Positions 9,096-19,197 of a stretch of 64,000 nucleotides of DNA are shown here, piece by piece. How positions within the stretch are numbered: the stretch's first letter is position 1; each line of letters begins with the position of its first letter. The notes below the pieces were generated by a model. The model saw only the letters and a list, made by a program, of their open reading frames with translations. It ran no database searches and was not told the DNA's origin. A program made the position numbers and the translations under genes. The DNA is taken from positions 2,156-66,155 of the forward strand of contig JAZONY010000001.1 of assembly GCA_045654705.1 (NCBI GenBank), in the 5' to 3' direction. This stretch comes from Victivallaceae bacterium. GTDB lineage: Bacteria > Verrucomicrobiota > Lentisphaeria > Victivallales > Victivallaceae.

Positions 9096-10658
9096 ATGGG
9101 TGACTGGAAGTTGATTGCAGTTGCGTGCATCACCTGCGTCGCAGGCGTTGGTCTGGGTGCATTGATCATCTACTGCATTCAGAAAATGCAAAAAGATTCG
9201 GCTCAAAAAGGAGCTGAAAAAATCCGTAAAGATGCTGAACGGGATGCGGAACATCTGATCCGCGATGCCAAAGTTTCAGCCAAAGCTGACGTGATCAAGA
9301 TGCGCGAAGAGTGCGAGCAGGAGATCCGTGAACGCCGCCGTGAACAGCAGCAGAACGAAAAACGCCTCGCTCAGCGTGAAGAAAATCTTGACCGCCGCGC
9401 CGACTCTCTGGACGAAAAACTCAAAGGTCTCGAAAAACAGGAAAAAGAGATCGAAAATCTCCGTGAGAAACTCACCAACCGTGAGAGCGAACTTGCCAAA
9501 AATATCGCCGCTCAGGTGGATGAATTGGAGCGTATTTCAGGTTACAGCCGGGAACAGGCAAGAGATGTCCTCCTTGAAAAACTCCAGAACGAGATCCGCA
9601 ACGAAGCCGGTATCATGGTCCGCAACACCCTCGAAGAAGCCAAGGAACGCAGCGAAAAAGAGGCGCGCCGTATCCTGACCTACGCCATTCAGCGTTACGC
9701 TTCCGACTGCACCTATGAGCGCACCACCGCAACGATCCCCCTGCCCAACGATGAAATGAAAGGCAGGATCATCGGCCGTGAAGGCAGAAATATCCGCACC
9801 ATTGAAGCTGTCACCGGGGTCAGCATCCTCATCGACGACACCCCCGAAGCGGTGGTCATCAGCTGTTTCGACCCTGTCCGCAAAGAGGTGGCACGCCGCC
9901 TTATGGAACGGCTCATCGGCGACGGCAGGATCCACCCCACCCGCGTTGAGGAACTCGCCAAAAAGATCGGCAAAGAGATCGAAGATGAACTCTTTCAGGA
10001 GGGCGAAGCCGCTGTTCTGGAAACCGGTATCCAGGGTGTTCCCCCTGCCATCATCCGTCTGCTGGGCAGACTGAAATACCGTTACAGCTTCTCCCAGAAT
10101 GTCCTGCAGCACTCCCTCGAAACCGCCTATTTCATGGGCATCATCGCCGCCGAACTGGGACTGGATGAGAAACGCGCCAAGCGTATCGGTCTTTTCCACG
10201 ACCTGGGTAAAGCCATCGACCACGAGATCGAAGGTCCCCATGCCAAGATCGGTGCCGATGTGCTGCGCAAATACAATGAAAACAAAGAGGTCGTCCACGC
10301 CGTCGCCGCTCACCACGGCGAAGTGGAACCCGAGAGCCTCTATGATGTTCTTGTCAGTGCCTGCGACACCCTGAGTGCTTCCCGTCCCGGCGCCCGCAGC
10401 GAGACCACCGAACTCTATCTCAAACGCCTTGAACAGCTCGAAGGTATCGCCAACGAGTTCAACGGAGTGGAGTCCTGTTTCGCACTTCAGGCGGGCCGTG
10501 AGATCCGCGTTGTCGTCATCCCCGAAAAGATCGACGAGGGCGAAGCTCAGATGATGGCACGGGAAATCAGCGAAAGAATCGAAAAAGAGATGACCTATCC
10601 CGGCCAGATCAAAGTCACGGTCATCCGTGAGACCCGTTCTGTTGAATACGCCAAATAA
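9096..10658 (+). CDS. rny: Ribonuclease Y
   Basis: N-terminal TM helix, a Lys/Glu-rich coiled coil, a KH domain (GRIIGREGRNIR) and an HD domain (LFHDLGKA...AAHHG). ATG 9096 with a GAGGAAA RBS is preferred over the track start at 9048. Confidence 0.9.
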   Translation: MGDWKLIAVACITCVAGVGLGALIIYCIQKMQKDSAQKGAEKIRKDAERDAEHLIRDAKVSAKADVIKMREECEQEIRERRREQQQNEKRLAQREENLDRRADSLDEKLKGLEKQEKEIENLREKLTNRESELAKNIAAQVDELERISGYSREQARDVLLEKLQNEIRNEAGIMVRNTLEEAKERSEKEARRILTYAIQRYASDCTYERTTATIPLPNDEMKGRIIGREGRNIRTIEAVTGVSILIDDTPEAVVISCFDPVRKEVARRLMERLIGDGRIHPTRVEELAKKIGKEIEDELFQEGEAAVLETGIQGVPPAIIRLLGRLKYRYSFSQNVLQHSLETAYFMGIIAAELGLDEKRAKRIGLFHDLGKAIDHEIEGPHAKIGADVLRKYNENKEVVHAVAAHHGEVEPESLYDVLVSACDTLSASRPGARSETTELYLKRLEQLEGIANEFNGVESCFALQAGREIRVVVIPEKIDEGEAQMMAREISERIEKEMTYPGQIKVTVIRETRSVEYAK

Positions 10659-10676
10659 GCAGGAACTGTTCCGAAA

Positions 10677-11768
10677 ATGAATGAAGGTCTTTTCTGCCGG
10701 GCGCGCCTTGAAGTCGATCGTGAAGCGATCAAATCCAATGTGCGCGCCTTGCAGGGGATGTCACAGAATTGTGATGTTCTGGGCGTCGTCAAAGCCAACG
10801 CCTACGGTGTCAGTACCGCCATCGTGGTCCCGGCGCTCCTTGAAGCCGGGGTCAAGGTTCTGGGTATCGCCACCTTGAGCGAAGCGGTGGAACTGCTGAA
10901 ATACGGCGTGGAACTGCGGATGTTGAGCGGAGTCATGCCCGAGGAGATCGCTCCTGCCATCGAAATGGGGGTCACGCTCCCGGTCATCGACTTTGAAACG
11001 GCGTGCGCCATCAATGATGAAGCCCGCCGCCGGAAACGCAAAGCCACGGTCCAGCTTGCCATCGACTCCGGCATGGGCAGGGTGGGGATCCGCCTCGCCG
11101 AAGCGGAGGAAACGGCAAAAAAGATCATCGCACTTGAAAACCTCAATGTGACAGGCATTTATTCCCACTTCCCCAAAGCTGAACCGGGTGATGCCGGTTC
11201 CCTTGAACAGATTTCCGGAATGACCCGTCTTGCCCATGCGCTCCACCTGCCCCAGAACCATCTGGCGGCAAGCGAAGGAACCCTTTTCATGCCGGGTGCA
11301 AGCCGTCCTCCTTTCAACCTCATCCGTCTGGGTATCGCCATGTACGGTGTTCTTCCTGACTGCGGCATGAAAGGGGCGGTCAAGTTCAAAAGCCGTCTTG
11401 CGGCGGTGCGCCGCTCTCCTGCCGGAGGAACGGTCAGTTACGGAAGACTCCACAAACTGAGTTCAGAAACTCTCGTGGGAACAGTTGCCGCAGGTTACGC
11501 CGACGGTGTGCCGCTGAAACTCACCAACAAAGGATTTTTCCGTGTCAACGGCAAACTGTGTCCCATCCTCGGCAGAGTGACCATGGACTACACCATGATC
11601 GACCTTTCCGCCGTGCCCGGTGCAAAAGTCGGGGACGAGGTGGAGCTTTTCACCTCAGATCAGGGGGACTCCATCGACATTGCCAACTGGAGCAACTACA
11701 AGGGGACCCACGCCTGGGATATCCTCTGTTCCATTTCCCCCCGGGTCGAACGCCGCGCCGTCAATTAA
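10677..11768 (+). CDS. alr: Alanine racemase
   Basis: VVKANAYG contains the PLP lysine. The 363-aa length and C-terminal beta domain fit Alr. Confidence 0.85.
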   Translation: MNEGLFCRARLEVDREAIKSNVRALQGMSQNCDVLGVVKANAYGVSTAIVVPALLEAGVKVLGIATLSEAVELLKYGVELRMLSGVMPEEIAPAIEMGVTLPVIDFETACAINDEARRRKRKATVQLAIDSGMGRVGIRLAEAEETAKKIIALENLNVTGIYSHFPKAEPGDAGSLEQISGMTRLAHALHLPQNHLAASEGTLFMPGASRPPFNLIRLGIAMYGVLPDCGMKGAVKFKSRLAAVRRSPAGGTVSYGRLHKLSSETLVGTVAAGYADGVPLKLTNKGFFRVNGKLCPILGRVTMDYTMIDLSAVPGAKVGDEVELFTSDQGDSIDIANWSNYKGTHAWDILCSISPRVERRAVN

Positions 11769-11782
11769 CCTTTGATCGCACT

Positions 11783-11816
11783 AAAAAAAGGAGCTGTTTT
11801 GCAACAGCTCCTTTTT
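11783..11816. terminator. Bidirectional intrinsic terminator between alr and the convergent isomerase gene
   Basis: A7, stem GGAGCTGTT, loop ttgc, stem AACAGCTCC, then T5. Confidence 0.8.
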
Positions 11817-11833
11817 GTATGCAGATAAAACGC

Positions 11834-12721
11834 TCAGTCCATATCGCCGAGTTCGGTGAAGGTCGCCACCAGTTCGGGGATATCCACGTTGGCACGGACG
11901 GGGAGGACTTCACTCTGGACCACCTTGAGACGGGGGGCGCGCTTGAGCTGGCGGATGATCTTCACCCAGTCGATGCAGCCGCTGCCGGGAATGGCGTGGG
12001 CATCGTTCCAACCGCTGTTATCGTGGAGGTGGCAGTTGACGATGTGGGGGAGCATCTTTTCAAGGGCTTGATCCTCCCATCGGGGGACAGCCTTGCCGGA
12101 AGCGTTCCAACCTTTCCAGGCGTTGCCGGTGACGAAGTTTCTGCCGTTATCCATGATATTGGCGTGTCCGGCATCGTAGCAGAAGCCCAGAGCATCGGTG
12201 GGGAACTCCGCCTTGATCGCATTGAGAATGTCGGGGGTGTTCACCGAGAACCAGATGTTTTCGATACAGATGGTGATGCCCAGCTTTTCCGCAAGGGGCA
12301 GAAGTTCGCTCAAAGATTCCTTCATCAGGGCAATATGTTCCTCATCACTCATGGCCGTTCCGGGGGCAAAGTGGTTGTTCCCCAGATGGATGGTGATGGT
12401 GTCAACTTTCATATAATGACAGATTTCCAGAGCAAGTTTCAGCCGGTTGAGCATCATGGACCGTTTTTCAAGCCAGGGGCAGTTCATATCACGCCGGGGA
12501 CCGAAAGGTGCATGGGCATCGCAGAAACTCAATCCCGCATTTTCCATTTCTTTGAGCAGCTGATCTTCAAGACCGTCCCCGCCCATGATCTGCTGGATCA
12601 GAACGTCGCTCAGCACAAGATGTTTTGCTCCGTAACGGGCAAACTCTGCCATGACATAGGGGCGCATCTTTTCAGAAATATGTTCAAACTCATAAAGATA
12701 GGTCACCGGAACTGAAAACAT
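11834..12721 (-). CDS. Sugar phosphate isomerase/epimerase (xylose-isomerase-like TIM barrel)
   Basis: 295-aa protein. The conserved His/Asp/Glu pattern (ITIHLG, CIENIW, FCYDAGHAN, HLHDN) is typical of the AP-endonuclease-2/xylose-isomerase-like family. Confidence 0.65.
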   Translation of the reverse strand: MFSVPVTYLYEFEHISEKMRPYVMAEFARYGAKHLVLSDVLIQQIMGGDGLEDQLLKEMENAGLSFCDAHAPFGPRRDMNCPWLEKRSMMLNRLKLALEICHYMKVDTITIHLGNNHFAPGTAMSDEEHIALMKESLSELLPLAEKLGITICIENIWFSVNTPDILNAIKAEFPTDALGFCYDAGHANIMDNGRNFVTGNAWKGWNASGKAVPRWEDQALEKMLPHIVNCHLHDNSGWNDAHAIPGSGCIDWVKIIRQLKRAPRLKVVQSEVLPVRANVDIPELVATFTELGDMD

Positions 12722-12820
12722 GATAGGGTCCTTTATTTTTAATTGACGTTGATTACGGCATATTATACCACATTTTTTCTTTTTTTCAAGAAGAAAAAAG
12801 TCGCAGCAGATACTTTTTAC

Positions 12821-12848
12821 TTGAAAATTTTACAGCTGGTGCTATATT
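12821..12848 (+). promoter_or_regulatory. Promoter upstream of the C_GCAxxG_C_C gene
   Basis: TTGAAA-N16-TATATT. Confidence 0.6.
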
Positions 12849-12894
12849 TATTCAGGAAGTCATTTCAAAGCTCATTATTTCAAGGAGTTGATTT

Positions 12895-13350
12895 ATGGAT
12901 AAATCAGAAAAAGCCAAAGCCCTCTTTATGGAGGGAGCCAACTGCGCACAGGCGGTCTGCGGCGCTTTTGCTGCGGAATGCGGCATCAGCGAAGAACATG
13001 CCCTTGTCATCAGTTCGGGATTCGGCGGCGGCGTGGGCAGGATGCGTGAAGTCTGCGGCGCTGTCAGCGGTATGGTCCTTGTCCTCAACATGATCTACGG
13101 TTCAGGGGACCTTAAGGACAAAAGCGCAAAAGACGGTCAGTACGCCCGTATCCAGGAAGTGGCGGAAGCCTTCAAAAAAGAGTGCGGCTCCATCGTCTGC
13201 CGCGAACTGCTGGGACTGGAAAAAAAGGCGTCCACGCCCCCGGAATCCGAGGCCCGCACCCCGGAATATTACAAGAAACGCCCCTGTGCCGATATGGTGG
13301 CTCTGGCGGCTGAGATCCTTGAAAAATACCTCGAAGCCAACGGGAGATAA
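12895..13350 (+). CDS. C_GCAxxG_C_C family protein
   Basis: Contains NCAQAVCGAF (C-x-x-x-x-C-G-A pattern) plus downstream Cys residues. The protein is 151 aa. Confidence 0.75.
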   Translation: MDKSEKAKALFMEGANCAQAVCGAFAAECGISEEHALVISSGFGGGVGRMREVCGAVSGMVLVLNMIYGSGDLKDKSAKDGQYARIQEVAEAFKKECGSIVCRELLGLEKKASTPPESEARTPEYYKKRPCADMVALAAEILEKYLEANGR

Positions 13351-13355
13351 TGACA

Positions 13356-16300
13356 ATGAAACAACTTTTCTTTTTCCTGACCTGCCTGCTTGCCTTTACC
13401 CTTTCAGCTGCGGATTACTTTGTTTCGCCCACCGGCAAAGACAGTAACCCCGGCAGTGCGGAGCGTCCCTTTGCCACATTCAAAAAGGCTCTTTCTGTGA
13501 TGAAAGGCGGGGACTCCATGAACATTCTTCCCGGTGTCTATCATCAAGCCATTGAAGCGGCGCAGATCCAGACCTCTCCGACGAAAAAAACCTATATCCG
13601 GGCAGTTTTCCCCGGCACGGTCCTCCTCAGGGGCGACGTGGATGCCCCCCGCTTCACCAAAGTCCCCGGCACACTTTTCACCTACGTCTGCGACTGGGCA
13701 GGCCCTGTGGAAACGGTCAATGAAAGGGACTCCCTTGTGACCTATCTTCTCAGAAACGACTACGCCTCTCTGGACTTTGAACGCAGCGCCTGGTTCCACG
13801 ACAAAAAGAACAAAAAACTTTATGTCGTCACCAGCGACGGAGCTTCACCTGATGAACACTATCTCACCATTTCCGTCATCAACAAGATCGGTGTGACCGT
13901 GGGACAGTACAAAGTCGAACCTCTCACCCGAAATCTTGTGGTGGAAGGTCTCGCCATTACAGGCTTCTATTTCAGCGGCGACACCGACAAACGCCCCACT
14001 GCCCGTGAGGGTATCTGCGGGCGTTTTCTTGCGGATTCCGTCATCCGCAACTGCGACATCTTTCTCTGCGGCGGCGGAGTCCGTCTCTGGAAGCCCGTCA
14101 ACACCGTCATCGAAAACTGCCGAACCTACGGCAACGGTGCCATGTATGCCGGTTCCGGAGGCAACATCATCATCAACGGTCCCACCAGAAACTGTGCGAT
14201 CCGGGATTGTCTTTCTTTCAACTCCTGCAAAGCGGGGATCCGTTTCTACGGCGGTCCCATCACCAACTGTGTCATCGAAAGATGTGTCGCAGGCGGCGGA
14301 CACGCTTTCGGCGATATCTGGTGCAAAGGTGCCACCGACGGCAAAAGTTTCATCCGCAACTGTGCCACTGTCGGCACGATCTACCCCTCAAGCTCTCAGC
14401 CCGGTATGCCCACCACCGAAGCGAACAACGTCTACTTTTACACCAGTTACAGCCGCAGCAGCACCTCCATCATGACCCACCAGAGCAATCTGGATCTGAA
14501 CAGGACCTTTGCCGATCCTGACAACTGGGATTTCCGTCTGCAAAAGGGCGCAAAAGCCAAAGGGGGACTTGTTGACAGAAAGAGTGTCTATTTTCTCTCA
14601 GAATCGGGGAACGATGCCAATGACGGCAAATCCATCGTTTCCCCATGGCGCACCTTGCAGAAAGTTGAACCCGGCAGCACCGTCTATCTGCTTCCCGGCG
14701 TTTATGCGCCTTTCAAAGTCACCGTCCCCGGAGTCATCGTCTCAGGAAGAGGAACTAAAGGCAACATCATCGTCAAAGGCGGCGAAACCGGCATCACCGT
14801 CACCGCTCCCGGAGTCACCCTTGAAAGGATCAACTTCCTCGGACAGAAAAAGAGTGCCGTCCACCTTGCGGCAAACGATGTCAAAATCACCAACTGCGGC
14901 TTTGCCGGTTCTCCCGTTGCCGTTACGGGCAAAGGGTTGAAAAACATCAATTTGAGCAACTGCGCCTTCACCAATATCCCTTACAACTTTGAAAAAGTTC
15001 AAGCTCTGATCCACTCCAACATCATGGCTCAGGAGGGGAAAAGCTGCAAGGCAAGTTCCCTTTTCTTCAACGCCAACGCATTCCCGGTGAAAACAGCCCA
15101 GCCCCACAGTCTGGTCATCGTTCCTGAGTACAGGAATTTGAAAATGGGCGACTTCACGCTGAAAAACGCCAAGCTCTTCAACGGACGGGGTATGCTGGGT
15201 TATCCTGTCGGTCCTTACAGACGGATCCTTTACCGCGACAAAAACAAAACTTCAGGTGTCAAAGCACACGCTGTAGGCAGCACCGTTGCCAGTGTTGAAT
15301 TTTTCAACGGTCCCAACAAGGTGATCAACCGTCTGCTCATGGGGGAATCACCCGACAAGATGAATGTGATCATCCCCCGCTGGCAGGATCCGGCTTCCCC
15401 TTTCCGCACCTACACTTTCAACAACCTGAAACCCGGCAAAAAATATTATGTCCGCATCGACTCCATCATGCCTTCACGGCTGCTCTTGAGCAATGAAGAG
15501 ATTTCTCCTGCTCAGGAAAAACTGGTCCGGGGCAACACCAGAAGCGCCGCCTTTGAATTCACGACCGCCCTCAAAGATCCTGCTCCCCGGGAGTACCATG
15601 TGAGCGTCAAAGGCAGCGATACCGATCCCGGAACTGCCGACAAGCCTTTCAGGACCATTACCAAAGCGGCAAATGTGGTCAAAGCCGGAGACACGGTCAC
15701 GATCCACGCCGGAAAATACAGCGAAGAAGTCCGTCTGCGCTCCGGCGGCACTCCGGAACGCCCCATAACTTTCAGGGCCGCCCCCGGTGAAAAGGTCTAT
15801 CTCGACGGAGCCAAGCAGAAACTTTCTTTCGGATTCCGCAGTCAGTACAAATCCCATCTCCGCTTTGACGGGTTCCACTGTCAGTTTTTCCACAACACCA
15901 CACGGGGTGTTCTGGTGCTGACCAACGGCAAAGATCACCGCATCACCCGCACCATTTTTGACGGACGCGCCCCCAACTTCACCGGCGGCAGTATCCAGGC
16001 GGAGTACATCGAAGATCTCCTTGTTGAAAACTGCGTCACGGTCCGGGGATTCCAGGGCATGTGGCTGCTCAAGTGCGACAATGCCGTGCTGCGGAACAAC
16101 CTTTTCCACATCAATCAGATCACGCCCCTCGCCCTGAATCATCTGCCGGCGAAAGTCACTTTCACCCACAACATCCTCTTTGACAGTGTTTTGCAGAAGC
16201 AGCGCGTGCCTCTTCTGGCGACACCTTTCCCCGAACTGCTGACGGTGGAAAACAACTGCTTCCGCCTGCGCATCCCCGCCTCAGAACGGCTGGCATGCGG

Positions 16301-16622
16301 CATGCTGGCAGGGGGAACAAAGGGCAGAATGACCTTCACGGAGTTCAGAAAGTTCAAAGGCGGCAGGGAAACCAACATCTTCGCCGATCCCAAGATCAAA
16401 AGTGCGCCTTTCCTCACCACCTTCAAATCTCTTGCCGAAAGAGACAAGCGTTATCCCGCCTGCGCCGTGGATGAAGAGAAAAAGGAAATGGGACTCCTCC
16501 CCTCAGGTGCTTACACCCCCTGGGACTGGAAAGATTATTTCCCCGCCAATCCCCAATGCACAAAGAAAACCGCAGGCAGACCTATCGGTCCCGATCCTGC
16601 GGCATTCAAAGGATTTCTGTAA
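13356..16622 (+). CDS. Secreted right-handed parallel beta-helix protein (three DUF1565/pectate-lyase-like modules)
   Basis: It has a signal peptide (MKQLFFFLTCLLAFTLSA). Three N-cap-like motifs are present: YFVSPTGKDSNPGSAERPF, VYFLSESGNDANDGKSIVSPW and YHVSVKGSDTDPGTADKPF. Repeated N/G/C-rich beta-helix turns follow. Confidence 0.7.
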   Translation: MKQLFFFLTCLLAFTLSAADYFVSPTGKDSNPGSAERPFATFKKALSVMKGGDSMNILPGVYHQAIEAAQIQTSPTKKTYIRAVFPGTVLLRGDVDAPRFTKVPGTLFTYVCDWAGPVETVNERDSLVTYLLRNDYASLDFERSAWFHDKKNKKLYVVTSDGASPDEHYLTISVINKIGVTVGQYKVEPLTRNLVVEGLAITGFYFSGDTDKRPTAREGICGRFLADSVIRNCDIFLCGGGVRLWKPVNTVIENCRTYGNGAMYAGSGGNIIINGPTRNCAIRDCLSFNSCKAGIRFYGGPITNCVIERCVAGGGHAFGDIWCKGATDGKSFIRNCATVGTIYPSSSQPGMPTTEANNVYFYTSYSRSSTSIMTHQSNLDLNRTFADPDNWDFRLQKGAKAKGGLVDRKSVYFLSESGNDANDGKSIVSPWRTLQKVEPGSTVYLLPGVYAPFKVTVPGVIVSGRGTKGNIIVKGGETGITVTAPGVTLERINFLGQKKSAVHLAANDVKITNCGFAGSPVAVTGKGLKNINLSNCAFTNIPYNFEKVQALIHSNIMAQEGKSCKASSLFFNANAFPVKTAQPHSLVIVPEYRNLKMGDFTLKNAKLFNGRGMLGYPVGPYRRILYRDKNKTSGVKAHAVGSTVASVEFFNGPNKVINRLLMGESPDKMNVIIPRWQDPASPFRTYTFNNLKPGKKYYVRIDSIMPSRLLLSNEEISPAQEKLVRGNTRSAAFEFTTALKDPAPREYHVSVKGSDTDPGTADKPFRTITKAANVVKAGDTVTIHAGKYSEEVRLRSGGTPERPITFRAAPGEKVYLDGAKQKLSFGFRSQYKSHLRFDGFHCQFFHNTTRGVLVLTNGKDHRITRTIFDGRAPNFTGGSIQAEYIEDLLVENCVTVRGFQGMWLLKCDNAVLRNNLFHINQITPLALNHLPAKVTFTHNILFDSVLQKQRVPLLATPFPELLTVENNCFRLRIPASERLACGMLAGGTKGRMTFTEFRKFKGGRETNIFADPKIKSAPFLTTFKSLAERDKRYPACAVDEEKKEMGLLPSGAYTPWDWKDYFPANPQCTKKTAGRPIGPDPAAFKGFL

Positions 16623-16630
16623 GAATTTGA

Positions 16631-17917
16631 TCAGAGATCAAGTACCTCGTTGAGAGGAACTTCACGCCTCAGCACATCTCCCGTCAGGTAAAGCGAACCC
16701 GAAACGACAGCTGCTCCTGACGGGGATTTTTTTTGCTTTGCTTTGGCAAGGGCGCAGCCGATATCGGTTTCGTACTCCCAGGGGACGCCCAGTTTGTCGG
16801 CAAGGGCGCCCAGATCTTCAGCAGAGGCGATGCCCCGCTCGGCGGCGGGAACGGGGACAAAGATAAAGTATGAAGCGATATCCGCAAGAAGCTCCACACA
16901 TGAAGCGAAATCCTTGTCTTTGAAAGCGCCGTAAATTACCGGGTGTTTCTCACCCTTCCAGACCTCTTTCAAAGCTGCCGTAAAGGCGGCAACGCCGTCG
17001 GGATTGTGTCCGCCGTCGATGACAAGGGAATCTTTCACGATCTGACATCTGCCGGGCCAGCGGGTATCTTTCAACGCCGCCATGGCTTTGTCGGCATCGA
17101 AATCCCACACTTTACCGAAATAACGCAGCACATTCCGCACCAGACGGAAATTCTCACGCTGCATGGCGCCGGGCAGCGGCAGGGTGTAGCGGTGTCCCAT
17201 ATAGGAAAACTGCTGGCACATCATCCCGGAATCGCTGACGGTGTATCCGTCGCAGGGGGGAACCTCCGCTTCGGGGGGGATTATGGCACATCCCAGTTCC
17301 TTGGCACGGTTTTCGATGACGGTTCTGGCTTCATCGGGCAGCCGGTTGTAAAAGAGGGGCACGCCCTCTTTCAGGATACCTGCTTTTTCAGCGGCGATCT
17401 CGGCGAGGGTATTCCCCAGCAGATTCTGGTGGTCGTAGGCGATATTGGTAATGACTGAAGCGCAGCTTTTGACGGCGTTGGTAGCATCCAGTCTGCCCCC
17501 CAGTCCGGTTTCCCAGATGACCACATCCACCCCGGCGCGGCAGAAGATGAGAGCTGCGAGGACGGTTGCATATTCAAAGTAGGTGAAACTGCCCCCCTCG
17601 GCGGCTTGGGCAAGTTCTTTGCCCAGATCGTTGAAAATATCTTCGGGAACAGCTTTGCCGTTGACCCGGAACCTTTCACGGACATCAATCAGGTGGGGCG
17701 AGGTATAAAGTCCCGTTGAGAACCCGGCACTGCGGAACGCATGTTCCAGCATGGCGGCGGTGGAGCCTTTGCCGTTGGTTCCTGCCAGGTGGATGAATTT
17801 CAGATACTTTTCGGGATTCCCCGCCCGTTTGAGCAGATCGGTCGTGGCATCCAGCCCCAGCCGGATCCCGAACATGTTGCAGTTATTGAGATAATCAGCC
17901 GTTGAAAACATTTTCAT
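16631..17917 (-). CDS. folC: Folylpolyglutamate synthase / dihydrofolate synthase
   Basis: Contains the Mur-ligase P-loop HLAGTNGKGST. The start ATG at 17917 forms an ATGA overlap with the upstream tolB-like stop codon. The track start at 18007 is rejected. Confidence 0.85.
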   Translation of the reverse strand: MKMFSTADYLNNCNMFGIRLGLDATTDLLKRAGNPEKYLKFIHLAGTNGKGSTAAMLEHAFRSAGFSTGLYTSPHLIDVRERFRVNGKAVPEDIFNDLGKELAQAAEGGSFTYFEYATVLAALIFCRAGVDVVIWETGLGGRLDATNAVKSCASVITNIAYDHQNLLGNTLAEIAAEKAGILKEGVPLFYNRLPDEARTVIENRAKELGCAIIPPEAEVPPCDGYTVSDSGMMCQQFSYMGHRYTLPLPGAMQRENFRLVRNVLRYFGKVWDFDADKAMAALKDTRWPGRCQIVKDSLVIDGGHNPDGVAAFTAALKEVWKGEKHPVIYGAFKDKDFASCVELLADIASYFIFVPVPAAERGIASAEDLGALADKLGVPWEYETDIGCALAKAKQKKSPSGAAVVSGSLYLTGDVLRREVPLNEVLDL

Positions 17918-19140
17918 CGTACTCCTGTTTTGGGTTCGCACTGAGACCAGCTGGGCATGGAAACAGGCACTTTGGGAGAAACCAGCAGCCGGGCGCTGCC
18001 GCTCCATGTGTCGATAACGTAAAGCTCCTGTTTCCCCTGCCAGGTGCGTTTGCAGACCAGCTGGCGGTTATCCGCCGCCCATCCGGGGGACTCCCATTCA
18101 CCGGGCAGAGTGATAACACGTTTATTTTCATCTTTGACGCTGTCGTAAACAGCGATGGTGTAGCGTCCGTTGATCCGGGTGGCATAGGCGATCTTGCCGT
18201 CTCCTGAACAGTCGGGGGTCACAGCATCGCTGCCAACGGTGGGCAAACGGCGGCGGCGGTTGGAGTCCAGTTCATGGCGGATGATACGGGGACGGCCGCT
18301 TTCGTCGCTGACATAATAGACGGCACGGCCGTCGGCACTCCAGCAGGGTGAAGCCTCAACAGCCTTATCCCGTGAAAGGCGGCGGCGTTTGCCTGAAGCA
18401 AGTTCGATGACATAGATATCCACCTGATGATCGGGACTGCGGATCACCGCCATATATCTGCCGTCAGGACTGACGGAAGCCCCCGCATTGATCCCCTGGG
18501 AACCGGAAATAAGACGGCTGCGCCGGGGTTTGGCGATGGTGGTTTCAAGAACGTCGATCCCGGTTTTGCCGTATTTGGAGTAACAGATGCTCAAGCCCCG
18601 GGGGGTCCAGCAGGGTTCCACGCAAAGGGCCCTGAAAAAGGTCAGCTGTTCCATTTCACGGCCGTCGATATCGCAGGTGTAAATATTGCTCACACCGGCG
18701 GAAGTCCGGGCGCAAAAGGCGATTTTTGAACGGCAGAAGCCTTTGACTTTCAGCTCCTTGAAACTTTTTTCGATAATGGTATCAACCGCAGTTTTCGCAC
18801 TGTTTCTGGGGGAAAAGCTCTTGTTGAAACGCCATGCGCCAGCCGGTGCGCCGCCCAGTTTCAGATAGAGAAGAAAGGTTTTCCCCTCATCTTTGCCCTC
18901 AAGGGTGTAATCCGCCGCCTTGACATCTTTCACGCAGTCGAACCAGCCGCAGGCGTTGAGAAAACGGGAAATGGCTTCGGTCAAAGCGGTGTCCCCCGCC
19001 ACGCCGCCGAACCAGATGGAGGGGTTCTGACTGGTGGTCTTGGAAACAGTAAGTGTCCGCACCTGAGGCGCAGCCTTCCCCGCCCCGCAGAGGGCGAAAA
19101 CGCAACAAAAAAGAAACAAAAATAAAATGTATTTTTTCAT
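17914..19140 (-). CDS. TolB-like periplasmic beta-propeller protein
   Basis: It has a signal peptide and an N-terminal alpha/beta domain. Repeated PDG/SADG...Y..S motifs (SPDGRYMAV, SADGRAVYYVSD, SGDGKIAYA) are characteristic of TolB-type propellers. Confidence 0.65.
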   Translation of the reverse strand: MKKYILFLFLFCCVFALCGAGKAAPQVRTLTVSKTTSQNPSIWFGGVAGDTALTEAISRFLNACGWFDCVKDVKAADYTLEGKDEGKTFLLYLKLGGAPAGAWRFNKSFSPRNSAKTAVDTIIEKSFKELKVKGFCRSKIAFCARTSAGVSNIYTCDIDGREMEQLTFFRALCVEPCWTPRGLSICYSKYGKTGIDVLETTIAKPRRSRLISGSQGINAGASVSPDGRYMAVIRSPDHQVDIYVIELASGKRRRLSRDKAVEASPCWSADGRAVYYVSDESGRPRIIRHELDSNRRRRLPTVGSDAVTPDCSGDGKIAYATRINGRYTIAVYDSVKDENKRVITLPGEWESPGWAADNRQLVCKRTWQGKQELYVIDTWSGSARLLVSPKVPVSMPSWSQCEPKTGVR

Positions 19141-19197
19141 AGTTTTACGATCCTTGGAAAAGAAAATAAAATGTGTTCAGTTCAATGTATAGCCACT

